Shown: positions 37,627 to 47,248, numbered from the stretch's first letter. The stretch: 64,000 bases of DNA from Candidatus Latescibacterota bacterium (GCA_965208125.1 OZ242320.1:704001-768000); one strand, 5' to 3'. The notes: a model not told the origin generated them from the letters alone. Numbers and translations: made by a program.

Positions 37627-39003
37627 CTATACGGGTAGCCGTCCCACTCGGTCAGACAAACCGTCAATCTGGTTCACAACACGCTCCAGTGCCTCAATTT
37701 CCTTCTGCTCTACCTCTCCCCAGAGCTTCAGGTTTCTGTCCAACAACGCCCATTTGAGAGCATGAGAACCGTTCCATATAAACCCAATCCACGCCGCGTA
37801 GTTCAGATTAAGGATATCCTTGGTGATGTACACCTTGGCTCCATTCACCGATGCCATTGTTCCATAAGCCATAGCGAGCATCATCCTGAAACGGGGATTC
37901 ATCTTCAGGGGCATCGTATCCATCAGAGCTTCCCCCAGCGACGCGCCAGCGCACTTCACCTGTTTGACAGCGTAGAAGACGCGCATCATCACCTCCATAA
38001 TCAACACGGGAATACTGGTTACGACAAACTGACGAAAGTCGTACCCCTTGACGTACATATACTCGATCTGTTTGCCCAGATCGGAATCTCCCACTGGGAG
38101 GCTGTCAAACATGCGAAGGAAACCCATTAAGGGAGCGGGTAGCCCCATGCCCCTATTGCCTTTTGCAGAGGGGGCATTAACATCGGACAGAAGATGTCCG
38201 AACAGGCGACCAAGCAGTTGGAACAAGCTGCCACCCACAGGTTCCTTTGTAGTCTGGTAGATATTGAGTCCACCGTTCTCAATTACCGTGCATGTGCCGC
38301 GCTGCATATCCAAAACGCCGAATAGAAACCCAAGAATGGGATCGTGAGATAACGACCGCAACCGATGGTTCATGGGATTCAATGTACCCGGCAGTGCCCC
38401 CAGTAGCTGAGCCACAGTGCTGGAGTCTGCACCGCCAATAGTGTTCAGCCTACCGAGTTCCTTGCTAATATCGGGCGGTAACAGGCTGTTGAATGCCTGC
38501 TGTACCCACTTGTTGAACACGCCATCCACCTCCTTAGTCCATTCGGTGGTCGGCTTAGCAGGAGCCTTCACGAACAGCAGGTCAAGCATCGCTGCGAACA
38601 GGCCGCATCCCCCAGCAATGGCATAATCCCACCCATCAAGGGCGTAGCGGGCGTTGAAGTCCTTAATATAGGCAGCTATCCGCTTATCCACGATCTTCCA
38701 ATCGCCTGCAGTCAGGATATCGTCCAGTTTGGCATCCTCCGGATACGCCGCCTCTGCCTCATTGTATATGGTTTCCGAGTCAACGGCCGGGAGTGACCTG
38801 TGCTCGCTCATCGCGTCAAGATGCGCCTGCTTTCTCTCCACAAAACCCGACGATGACTTGTCAACATCGCCCAGTTTCGACAGTTGTCTTTTGATAGAGT
38901 GAATGTCCCTATTGATCTCGTCATGTGCTTCCTCAATGGTTTCAGACCGCTGTTGCAGATGTCTGATGGCCTTAATAGTCCGTTGTTCGTCCTTGCTGGT
39001 CAT
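37627..39003 (-). CDS. Uncharacterised 458-aa protein (coiled-coil N-terminus, hydrophobic segments, HR.RSLSHDPILG motif)
   Basis: Long ORF with AGAAGG SD, 11 bp after the upstream gene. Confidence 0.8.
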   Translation of the reverse strand: MTSKDEQRTIKAIRHLQQRSETIEEAHDEINRDIHSIKRQLSKLGDVDKSSSGFVERKQAHLDAMSEHRSLPAVDSETIYNEAEAAYPEDAKLDDILTAGDWKIVDKRIAAYIKDFNARYALDGWDYAIAGGCGLFAAMLDLLFVKAPAKPTTEWTKEVDGVFNKWVQQAFNSLLPPDISKELGRLNTIGGADSSTVAQLLGALPGTLNPMNHRLRSLSHDPILGFLFGVLDMQRGTCTVIENGGLNIYQTTKEPVGGSLFQLLGRLFGHLLSDVNAPSAKGNRGMGLPAPLMGFLRMFDSLPVGDSDLGKQIEYMYVKGYDFRQFVVTSIPVLIMEVMMRVFYAVKQVKCAGASLGEALMDTMPLKMNPRFRMMLAMAYGTMASVNGAKVYITKDILNLNYAAWIGFIWNGSHALKWALLDRNLKLWGEVEQKEIEALERVVNQIDGLSDRVGRLPV

Positions 39004-39014
39004 GACAATACCTT

Positions 39015-39488
39015 CTATGGCTTTTGATGTTTAAATTGGTCAATGTAAGCCTTGATTTCTGCCAATTCGTCGCGGAAATACTCAGCATTCGCAATAAGCC
39101 GTTCTTGGATTTTGTAGAGTTTCTCAATAGCTCTGTCCAATGCCGCCGCCAGTTTCGCACTCCTCCGCTTCTTGACGATGGCATAGCCACCAACCCCCAA
39201 GATAGCCACCGGCAATGTCAGGACACCTATTCCGGCTAGCATTCCGGCACCGAAACCTGCCGCTGCCAACCCGGAGGTGATACCGGCGGCCGATAGGCCC
39301 GCCACAGATCCTCCGAAATAGAGGGCAGTGAAAGATGCAGAACCACCCAGCGCAATGCCCACTACTGCTCCAGCCGCATCGGCTGCCTTTGGTTCGTCGC
39401 GACGGAGTTCATCAATCGTCTCCTTCATATCTTCGTGTGCTTCGTCCTTCATCCGCTGGATCTCTGCGGGGCTAAGTTCTCTTCCCAT
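39015..39488 (-). CDS. Small Gly/Ala-rich membrane protein with C-terminal coiled coil
   Basis: GLSAAGITSGLAAAG glycine-zipper-like hydrophobic region; AGGAGA SD. Confidence 0.82.
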   Translation of the reverse strand: MGRELSPAEIQRMKDEAHEDMKETIDELRRDEPKAADAAGAVVGIALGGSASFTALYFGGSVAGLSAAGITSGLAAAGFGAGMLAGIGVLTLPVAILGVGGYAIVKKRRSAKLAAALDRAIEKLYKIQERLIANAEYFRDELAEIKAYIDQFKHQKP

Positions 39489-39524
39489 GATTATCTCCTA
39501 TCTTTGCGCCAGAAATATCTTCTA

Positions 39525-39869
39525 CTACTTTTGGCGTTTAAGTTCATCAATGTAAGCCTTGATCTCAGCCAGTTCCTCACGGAAGTGCTCGGCGTTCGCA
39601 ATAAGCCGTTCTTGGATTTTGTAGAGTTTCTCAATGGCTCTGCCCAGTGCCGCCGTCAGTTTCGCTTTCCTCTCCGTGTCCATCCGCTTCTTAGCTATGG
39701 CATAGCCAGCAACCCCCAATGGCCCTGTCAGGAGAGCCACGCCTGCCGCAGCTACCACATCAACCACCTCTGGGAAGTCGCGTTGGACTTCATCAAATGC
39801 TTCCTTTATTTCTTTCTGTGCTTCGTTCTTCATCCGCTGGATCTCTGCGAGGCTAAACTCGCTTTTCAT
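39525..39869 (-). CDS. Paralog of 39015-39488 lacking most of the Gly-rich hydrophobic segment
   Basis: Shares AEIQRMK and RAIEKLYKIQERLIANAE.FR.ELAEIKAYID; AAGGAGA SD before ATG 39869. Confidence 0.8.
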   Translation of the reverse strand: MKSEFSLAEIQRMKNEAQKEIKEAFDEVQRDFPEVVDVVAAAGVALLTGPLGVAGYAIAKKRMDTERKAKLTAALGRAIEKLYKIQERLIANAEHFREELAEIKAYIDELKRQK

Positions 39870-39945
39870 GATTATCTCCTTTCTTTGAGGAGAGTCTTTG
39901 TTTGTCAAGGTGCAGGAGGAGTTGCGTTTGAGGTCAAACCCCATG

Positions 39946-40029
39946 TGGATTGCAGCTCAAAACCATGCCGCAATGACAGGTGCAATTCTGTAGTGCCTCT
40001 CTCAGAGAAATATAATGTAGAAAGCCATA
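39946..40029 (+). repeat. Right long inverted repeat of the accessory island
   Basis: Partner of 33264-33347; contains a ttgcrgc...gccgcaa hairpin. Confidence 0.85.
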
Positions 40030-40045
40030 TACTTCAATCTCATTA

Positions 40046-41336
40046 ACTGATGTTACGCAAAAACCACTGCAACAGCCACCTGGTCAAGCGATACATATCT
40101 TTCACATAACCGCTCATTCATCGCTCAAAATATACACTTTTTCCGCCGACATTTGTGCTCCTCCACCTCCGCTTCAACAAACATTCCACAAATTCAAGTT
40201 GTGAATAAGACCGCAATACTACATATTGAAAGCATAATGAGGTGCCTGAGTTTCTTAAAAGCCCCTTTTATCGCTCAATTCTGTGATAATTGGCCTGATA
40301 TTTGCTTGAGTTCTGACTGTTGCGTTTGTCCAAAATACGACCAACCCTCAGACCAGGCATCTCACATGGCAGAATTTGATACGATTTCTAAACACCTCAT
40401 TCAGAAATATCCCGACGACTTTGCCGGATTCACTCTCGGACGCGAGGATGTTGAAGTTCTTGCAGTCATTGACACAGAGCAATACACTGTTGAAGCACGC
40501 CAGACCGATAGCCTGATTCGCGTACGTATGGATGACGAGGAGGTATTGGTCCACAACGAGTTTCAAACGACTGACAGCACCAATCCTCCTATGCCACGCC
40601 GCATGGCGGGCTATATCGGACGCGCGATTGAGCATCACGGTCTGCCGATCTATTCCAATGTCATCTACCTGCGTCCCAATGCTGGGCAGCACGATACCGG
40701 GTACTATGTCCAGGAGCATCTCGACTACGAAATCACGATTCGGTATCGCGTGATCAGACTGATTGAGATAGAAGGCGAGCACGTTCTGGAATCGGGGCAA
40801 TCGGGTCTGATTCCCTTCACACCGTTGATGAAGTCCCCTGAAGGGATGGCCTCGGATGCGTGGTTGCATCAGTGTATTCACACGGCTCGAACGCACCCCA
40901 TCGCTCGGTCATATAGGGCGGATTATCTGGCTGGCATGGTCGCCTTGAGCGAATTGGTATATGAGTCTGAAACGATTTCTGGTATTATTTTCAAGGAGGG
41001 TATCATGGATCTGATCCGCGAATCATCACTTTTTCAATCCCTTACTCAACAAAGCAGAGAGGAAGCCAGAGAGCAGGGCCTGGAGGAGGGCATTGAGCAG
41101 GGGGTCATGCAACGTGCCATCGAAGATATTCTCGAAGTGTTAGAGGTTCGATTTGACCTGAGCGAAGCGCACCCCCTATCCACACGTATTACCGCCATCG
41201 ACGATTTGCAACGCCTCAAGCAATTGCACCGTGCGGCAATACAGGTGCCCAATCTCGAGGCATTTCAGCGTGTGCTATATGCGTGATATGATTTCCATAA
41301 GCCTGACGAGATATTGGGACACTGCGTAACATCAGT
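40046..41336. mobile_element. Putative TIR-bounded element carrying the Rpn-like gene
   Basis: Perfect 14-bp inverted repeat: actgatgttacgca (40046-40059) and tgcgtaacatcagt (41323-41336). No obvious target-site duplication. Confidence 0.6.
40366..41286 (+). CDS. Rpn/YhgA-like PD-(D/E)XK nuclease (putative transposase family)
   Basis: FD..SK.L, TDSL...HNEFQ, MPRRMAGY, VIYL and a repetitive EQGLEEGIEQG tail. Start taken as ATG 40366. Confidence 0.82.
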   Translation: MAEFDTISKHLIQKYPDDFAGFTLGREDVEVLAVIDTEQYTVEARQTDSLIRVRMDDEEVLVHNEFQTTDSTNPPMPRRMAGYIGRAIEHHGLPIYSNVIYLRPNAGQHDTGYYVQEHLDYEITIRYRVIRLIEIEGEHVLESGQSGLIPFTPLMKSPEGMASDAWLHQCIHTARTHPIARSYRADYLAGMVALSELVYESETISGIIFKEGIMDLIRESSLFQSLTQQSREEAREQGLEEGIEQGVMQRAIEDILEVLEVRFDLSEAHPLSTRITAIDDLQRLKQLHRAAIQVPNLEAFQRVLYA

Positions 41337-41348
41337 CAGTAATATGAA

Positions 41349-42428
41349 CTACGAAAACGCCTGACTCAAATTCTTTCGATGTAAAATGAACCAGATTACA
41401 ATCGGCGCGCCAATCAGGGACGTCACTGCATTCAGCGGCAAAACAAATTGACTACCCGGCAAATGGGCGATCAGATCGGATAGCAGTGCCAGCGTCGCCC
41501 CCAGGCAAGTGACCGCAGGCATAAGCACGCGGTGATCCGACGTATGCAACAGACTGCGACAAAGATGCGGCACAGCCAGACCCAAAAACGCAATCGGACC
41601 GCAAAAAGCAGTCGTTGCGCCCGCCAGAATCGACGCACTAACCAAAATCCACAAGCGAATGTGCTTGACATTCAAACCCATACTGCGCGCATAATTTTCC
41701 CCCAGCAAAAGCGCATTGAGCGGCTTAATACACAAAAACGCCAGCAAAAGCCCCAGAAAAATTGCACATATAAGCACAGGCATCTGTCGCCAGGTCACAC
41801 TGCCAAAACTGCCAAAAGTCCACAAAATGTACGACTGTATCTGTTCGGGAACGCTAAAATAAATCAAAATACTGACAAAAGCTCCGGTCGCATACCCGAA
41901 CATCAGCCCCAAAATCAGCAACGTCATCACACTCTGCACACTGCGAGACACCAGCAACACACAACCCAACACAGCGGCTGCACCCATAATAGCCGCAACC
42001 GCCAAACCCAAATCGCCCAGAAAACCCAACCCCGCGATAAGCGCACTACCAACCGCCCCCACCGTCAGCACCACAATAGCAACGCCGAGACTCGCGCCGG
42101 CACTGATACCCAGCACAAAAGGATCCGCCAGTGGATTTCGGAAAAGCGTTTGCATCTGCAACCCACTCACAGAAAGCGCCGCGCCCGCCAGCACAGCCGT
42201 AATCGCCTTTGGCAGCCGAATCGAATGAACAATAATCGCCCATGCAGGAGAAGACACTTCTCCACCCGTAAGAATGCCAAACAAGGCCGCCAATGGAATC
42301 TGAACTGACCCCAGCGACAAACTCAAGCCGAACGCGATCAGAAGCAGCAGAAATAACCCCGGTATAATAACCGGGTACCGCGATCTCCCCTGCGCTTCAT
42401 CTTTGTATTGAGCCTCCATCCCGATCAT
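41349..42428 (-). CDS. BtuC/FecCD-type ABC permease
   Basis: RLPK, QTLFRNPLADP..LGISAGA, LGE..A.SMG and GPIAFLGLAVPH. Confidence 0.93.
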   Translation of the reverse strand: MIGMEAQYKDEAQGRSRYPVIIPGLFLLLLIAFGLSLSLGSVQIPLAALFGILTGGEVSSPAWAIIVHSIRLPKAITAVLAGAALSVSGLQMQTLFRNPLADPFVLGISAGASLGVAIVVLTVGAVGSALIAGLGFLGDLGLAVAAIMGAAAVLGCVLLVSRSVQSVMTLLILGLMFGYATGAFVSILIYFSVPEQIQSYILWTFGSFGSVTWRQMPVLICAIFLGLLLAFLCIKPLNALLLGENYARSMGLNVKHIRLWILVSASILAGATTAFCGPIAFLGLAVPHLCRSLLHTSDHRVLMPAVTCLGATLALLSDLIAHLPGSQFVLPLNAVTSLIGAPIVIWFILHRKNLSQAFS

Positions 42429-42432
42429 TCTC

Positions 42433-43425
42433 TCATCCCCTTAGTCCCGCAATCAAATCGCAAATAGAATCGTATTCCCGAACCACGCCATCGCGCTCAA
42501 CACACCAGGTCCCGCCCTCCCCAATATCGACACGCCACTCATCCCCCGTATCTCCCACTTGAAACCCGGCCCTCTCCAGCGCGCGCCTGGTCCAATAAGC
42601 GCGCCGTCCTTCCCCAGACACAGCAACTGAAGCGTGACCGCGTTGGGCATTGAGCTTAAACGCACCCGTATCCGCGTCAAAACGCACGCCATCACTCTGA
42701 AACGCGCCTTCAAAAGCGCCATTGAGAATTAAATCCTCAGGCGCGCCGGTCTGCAACGCACCCTCAAACGGCAAAAGATAGATGCGATCTGCACAGCGCA
42801 GTGCCAGATCCAAATCGTGCGTTGAAAGCAAAATCGCCTTACCCGTAGAATGTGCCAGATCCTGCAACAAAGCCATAATCTCAGCGCGACGAGGCAAATC
42901 GAGAAAAGCCGTAGGCTCATCCAGAATCATAAGATCGGGCTGCTGAGCCAGCGCGCGTGCAATCATAACCTTTTGACGCTCACCATCGCTGAGTTCAGCC
43001 ACATTGCGATACGCCAGATCCTCAGCGCGAGCTGCCCGAATAGCCCAGGAAACAACCCGCTCATCTTCCTCTGTAAAGCGCCCGATCCAATCCGTATGGG
43101 GATATCGCCCCAGACCGACCAGATCGCGCACTGCCATAATACCAACACCAATGCGATCCGTAAGCACCACGCTGATCACCTGGGCAACTTCTGTCGCAGA
43201 CATATCCACGATATCTCGACCCATAAGATAAACCTGCCCATCGAGCGGCGGCTGCATCCCCACAAGCGTACGAATAAGCGTGGATTTCCCCGCGCCATTG
43301 GGACCCAGCAAACACACAAACTCACCGCGATGGAGCGACACATCCATATCGCGCGCCACAACGCGAGGCGGACGACGACCGTATTTATAACCCACAGCGA
43401 GATTTTGTGTTTTGAGAATCGCCAT
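42433..43425 (-). CDS. BtuD/FecE-type ABC ATPase
   Basis: GPNGAGKST, LSDGERQK, ILDEPT and THD. Confidence 0.92.
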   Translation of the reverse strand: MAILKTQNLAVGYKYGRRPPRVVARDMDVSLHRGEFVCLLGPNGAGKSTLIRTLVGMQPPLDGQVYLMGRDIVDMSATEVAQVISVVLTDRIGVGIMAVRDLVGLGRYPHTDWIGRFTEEDERVVSWAIRAARAEDLAYRNVAELSDGERQKVMIARALAQQPDLMILDEPTAFLDLPRRAEIMALLQDLAHSTGKAILLSTHDLDLALRCADRIYLLPFEGALQTGAPEDLILNGAFEGAFQSDGVRFDADTGAFKLNAQRGHASVAVSGEGRRAYWTRRALERAGFQVGDTGDEWRVDIGEGGTWCVERDGVVREYDSICDLIAGLRG

Positions 43426-43509
43426 TTTCCATCCGAATAAATAAAAAACGGGTCGCGCCTTTTCTTCTATATTCACGAAACCCGTCTCTTTTTTTTGATT
43501 ATTCCACTA

Positions 43510-45099
43510 CTATTTTGCCAGCAACATCTTGCGCGTGACCACATCTGCCCCTGCTTGCAAGCGATACACATACATACCCGTACTCACCTGATGCCCAGCA
43601 GCATCACGCCCATCCCACACGACTGTATAATTTCCCACGGGCTGGAACTGCTGAACCAGCAACCGAATTTCCTGCCCCAATATATTGTAGATCGCCAATC
43701 GCACATTCACTGCATCGCCCAAAGAATAGCGAATAGTCGTCGCTGGATTAAACGGATTTGGATGGTTCTGCCTCAATGAAGCTGCAAAAGGATTGATAAA
43801 GCGCACATCACCATTCAAATCAATCTCATAAGTCACACGACTTCCGGGCACTATTGGAATACTGGACCACCTCGCAATGGTCGCACCATCTGCCGAACGC
43901 ACGCGCGCCTGATACATGCCATTCACACTCCTCTGGTCATCCGCCATCACCCTCACCACAGCACGCCCCATCTCATCTGTCGTATTATGCCACGCATAAT
44001 TGGGCACGCGACCGGCAATCGAGCGAGAAACCTCCACCATCAAACCGCTCACATCGCCATCACCTACAACCTGTACATCCACCAGACCGGCACCCTCGAA
44101 CGCCGTATCGGACTCCAGATAAATACCAGCACCCACGATAAAAACCCGACCAAATATGTTAAGCGGGATCACATAGCTCTGCTTGGGCGATTGGGTATCT
44201 TCATCTCCTTCTACCGCTGGATTGTCCCAATAATACTTGACAAAACCGCCGCCCGCTGTAGCTGCCGCGATGATCTCCTGCACAATTTTGACCCCATTGA
44301 CATCTTCGACATCAATCATATTTTGCCCATAGGAACTCGGGTCAGCAGTGCCGTGAAAGATCAACACACCGCTGGTATCTATCACAAAAATGTAGATCGA
44401 ACCATGCTTGAAATCCTCCCCCTCGGTCCTGATTGCAGCCTGGACGGTTGCCAGGTAGGGATAACCCTTTTCCTCAATAATGGGAACGAGAACTCTCAAG
44501 CCCTCTACAAAAGCCTTCAGAGTTTCCCGATCCACCACATCACGGGCTGTTACCTCCAGAATATCAAAGATATTTGGCTCAACATCAACGCCGGACAGAT
44601 CCATATAAAAGCCGGCAGCTACGATAAACTCTATACCGCGTATGGTAACCGGGACAGCGTAAGTCAGCTTGGGCGAATCGGCATCTCCTTCCACTGCCGG
44701 ATCATCCCAATAATACGCGACAAAACCGCCTCCTCCGGCGGCTGCGGCGAGCATCTCCTGGACAATTTTAACGCCTTTGGCATCTTCGAGATCAAGTACG
44801 TTTTTATCCTCAAATGTCACATCGCCCCCGTGAAATTGCACGAGACCCTCGGAAGTCAATACGACGAGGTACATCGAACCGGCCTTCCAATCCCCCTCGT
44901 TCCTGAACACCTCCACTAATCTTGAGACCTCAGCAAAATTAGCAGCACTCTCTAAGGAATCCTTTGCCCCTTCTACAAAAGCTTTCAGAGTTTCTCGGTC
45001 CACCACCTCACTCGCCGTTACCTTCATATCCTGAGCAATGGTGGGACGCACGACAAAAAAGAGACTGGCCAGCCCTAAAATGATTATCAAATATTTCAC
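43510..45099 (-). CDS. Secreted tandem Cache-domain protein with C-terminal FlgD-Ig/secretion-tail module
   Basis: Signal peptide; two repeats VTA..VVDRETLKAFVEG...GS.Y...D..G.KIVQE...GGGFV.YYWD.P...K..Y; tail QNHPNPFNP.T.I.Y...WDGRD..G..V.TG.Y. Confidence 0.8.
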   Translation of the reverse strand: MKYLIIILGLASLFFVVRPTIAQDMKVTASEVVDRETLKAFVEGAKDSLESAANFAEVSRLVEVFRNEGDWKAGSMYLVVLTSEGLVQFHGGDVTFEDKNVLDLEDAKGVKIVQEMLAAAAGGGGFVAYYWDDPAVEGDADSPKLTYAVPVTIRGIEFIVAAGFYMDLSGVDVEPNIFDILEVTARDVVDRETLKAFVEGLRVLVPIIEEKGYPYLATVQAAIRTEGEDFKHGSIYIFVIDTSGVLIFHGTADPSSYGQNMIDVEDVNGVKIVQEIIAAATAGGGFVKYYWDNPAVEGDEDTQSPKQSYVIPLNIFGRVFIVGAGIYLESDTAFEGAGLVDVQVVGDGDVSGLMVEVSRSIAGRVPNYAWHNTTDEMGRAVVRVMADDQRSVNGMYQARVRSADGATIARWSSIPIVPGSRVTYEIDLNGDVRFINPFAASLRQNHPNPFNPATTIRYSLGDAVNVRLAIYNILGQEIRLLVQQFQPVGNYTVVWDGRDAAGHQVSTGMYVYRLQAGADVVTRKMLLAK

Positions 45100-45157
45100 G
45101 ATAGTCTCCCGTAATCAGTTCACTGGATTGCTACAGAACAAAAATAGGGGTGTGACC

Positions 45158-46138
45158 TCAGAAAGTCAACGAATGCGAACGCGATAGGAACACATATAAA
45201 ACCGCCAGACCTGTCGCGAGTAAACAGGTAACAATCACAAAAACACACATACGGCGCATATCCCCGGGTTGACCACCTTCGGGATCATCCGCATCGCCCA
45301 ACCAGAGATCTGTAATCTGCGTCCCACCCTGCCAAACAGGACCGACCAATCGCCTCTGCAAAGCACCTGCGGCTGTAGCCTCGCTCCACCCGGAATTTGG
45401 CCCCGGAACAAGCGCGTGTTGCCGCCACCCGATAAGCAGTGCCTTGCGGCTGGAACATCCGGGCATAAAAAACGCCACCAGCACCATCCCCAAATACGCC
45501 AAACGCGCGGGAATAAAATTGAGCACATCGTCCAGCCGCGCCCCACACCAGCCAAAATATCGGTATTGCGGCGTCTTAAACCCCACCATGGAATCCATCG
45601 TACTGACCACCTTAAAAAGTACAACACCCGGCAATCCCAGTATAGCGTACCAAAAAACGGGCGACACAAACCCATCCACAGCATTCTCGCTCAAACTCTC
45701 CATACCCGCACGCCGGCAAGCCGCAAAATCCATCACCTCGGTATCGCGCCCCACAAGCATAGACGCGGCCTCTCGCGCACGCGCCAGATCAGCAGCGCGA
45801 TCAATCGCCAACCCGTGCTTGCACAAATCTTTGAGTGCAAGCATAGAGTACAAAACAAAAACCTGAAAAATCCACCCCACCCCAGATTGGACATAATGCA
45901 ACACACAAGCCAATGCACAGACAACCCCCACCCAAAACGCAGACAGCAATAAAAACAGCAAACACCCCCCCGCATAACCATTCAAACGCAGCCCGCGAAG
46001 CATCCGCTCAAAAAAAGACAGCGTCGCACCCATCAAACGAATGGGATGCAACGCATAAACCGGATCGCCAAAAAGACCATCTAAAACGACCGCGCAAAGG
46101 AGCAAAGCTGGATCCGGAGCAAGTATTGTCACGTCCAT
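45158..46138 (-). CDS. cbiB: Adenosylcobinamide-phosphate synthase
   Basis: FGDP...HPI, LVGRDT, ESLSEN..DG, TMDSMVG, ARLDD and PNSGWSEA. Confidence 0.93.
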   Translation of the reverse strand: MDVTILAPDPALLLCAVVLDGLFGDPVYALHPIRLMGATLSFFERMLRGLRLNGYAGGCLLFLLLSAFWVGVVCALACVLHYVQSGVGWIFQVFVLYSMLALKDLCKHGLAIDRAADLARAREAASMLVGRDTEVMDFAACRRAGMESLSENAVDGFVSPVFWYAILGLPGVVLFKVVSTMDSMVGFKTPQYRYFGWCGARLDDVLNFIPARLAYLGMVLVAFFMPGCSSRKALLIGWRQHALVPGPNSGWSEATAAGALQRRLVGPVWQGGTQITDLWLGDADDPEGGQPGDMRRMCVFVIVTCLLATGLAVLYVFLSRSHSLTF

Positions 46139-47247
46139 TTTAAACGCCACCCAAGCGCAAATGCATCGTAAACGACCTCCAAAAATGCGTTTTCATCCAC
46201 GCGCAACTGCTCGTAACACGACAACCAGACATCTGGCCTCGCCGCCAGCGAAGTCGCCAATATCGCTGCCTGCTGTCGCAACACCGGATCTGCCATTGCA
46301 TGTGAAAGCGTCCCATACCGCACGCGATCCCAAACCGCTGCAAACCCATACACCGCCGCCGAAACACGCGGTTCGTAAACAACAGACTTGAAATTTTTCT
46401 TCAACAATGCAAAATCATCTGCTTTGAGCCGCTTCTCCATCGCCTGCAAAAAACGATCCTCTCTAAACCCAAAACGCTTCAACGCATGAAAAACGCTACG
46501 CGTATGCGACGCCTCCAAACCGTTTTGCCATCGCAGCGCCTCCAGCGTAGCCCTGCGCACAGATTTGCCGATCAACTCGCCCAATTTTGCGTGATGTCCC
46601 GCATTGGTCTTGGGCACCCGTGTCTTATCCAAAGGCGCGGCAATACAGTACTGATCTGTCCCCGTACCCGTTGCGAGATCCTGAGAATACCGACTCGAAA
46701 TAGCGAGATCTCGAAGCGCGGCAGACTTCCCCTCGGTCATCGTCACCACTGACCGCGCCATCGCCCCTGGCGTAAGCGGCCAATTGATAAACACCATCGC
46801 ATTGATCGTACCCTCATAGAGATGGCGCCACCCCGCATCCTCTTCGTGCCAACTCGCCCCATCGCCTGCACACCCCGCATTGCCCTCAACACCTGCGGTA
46901 ACAACCGCACACACGCGCAACTCGGCATGCGTATCCACAACGCAAGCCGCATAATTCATATTCGCAGCCGTACCCATCAGCGCAACCGCGTCCGGCGGCA
47001 AGCCGCGTTCTCCGCATACATGGCGATGATACCCCACCTCACCCAGTTGCTTAATCAACTCAAAACGCGCATCGTGCCCATTGCCCTCACAACTCTGGTG
47101 ATTCACCAGATATCGGATATTATCGTACAAACCACCGCGATATGCCGACGTACTCAGCACCTGATGCGGCACCAGCAATTCCGCGGTCAAAAAACGCCCA
47201 TCGCGCTTCAAATCGTAATATTCATGCTGATCGATAAACTCACCCAT
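46129..47247 (-). CDS. cbiZ: Adenosylcobinamide amidohydrolase
   Basis: LSTS...GG, NHQ, MGTAANM, TAGV.GNA, GTIN, TEGK, ATGTGTD and G.H.KLGE. Confidence 0.88.
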   Translation of the reverse strand: MGEFIDQHEYYDLKRDGRFLTAELLVPHQVLSTSAYRGGLYDNIRYLVNHQSCEGNGHDARFELIKQLGEVGYHRHVCGERGLPPDAVALMGTAANMNYAACVVDTHAELRVCAVVTAGVEGNAGCAGDGASWHEEDAGWRHLYEGTINAMVFINWPLTPGAMARSVVTMTEGKSAALRDLAISSRYSQDLATGTGTDQYCIAAPLDKTRVPKTNAGHHAKLGELIGKSVRRATLEALRWQNGLEASHTRSVFHALKRFGFREDRFLQAMEKRLKADDFALLKKNFKSVVYEPRVSAAVYGFAAVWDRVRYGTLSHAMADPVLRQQAAILATSLAARPDVWLSCYEQLRVDENAFLEVVYDAFALGWRLKWT

Positions 47248-47248
47248 C

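Noticed and set aside
40153-40365. N-terminal extension of the Rpn ORF in the ORF track
   Set aside because: Cys-rich, non-family sequence from a TTG start. The family-like sequence begins at ATG 40366.
31600-41340. Integron cassette array or Xer/dif modules as an explanation of the island
   Set aside because: There is no integrase, no repeated attC-like sites after each gene and no XerD-type arm. The flanking repeats are inverted, not direct.
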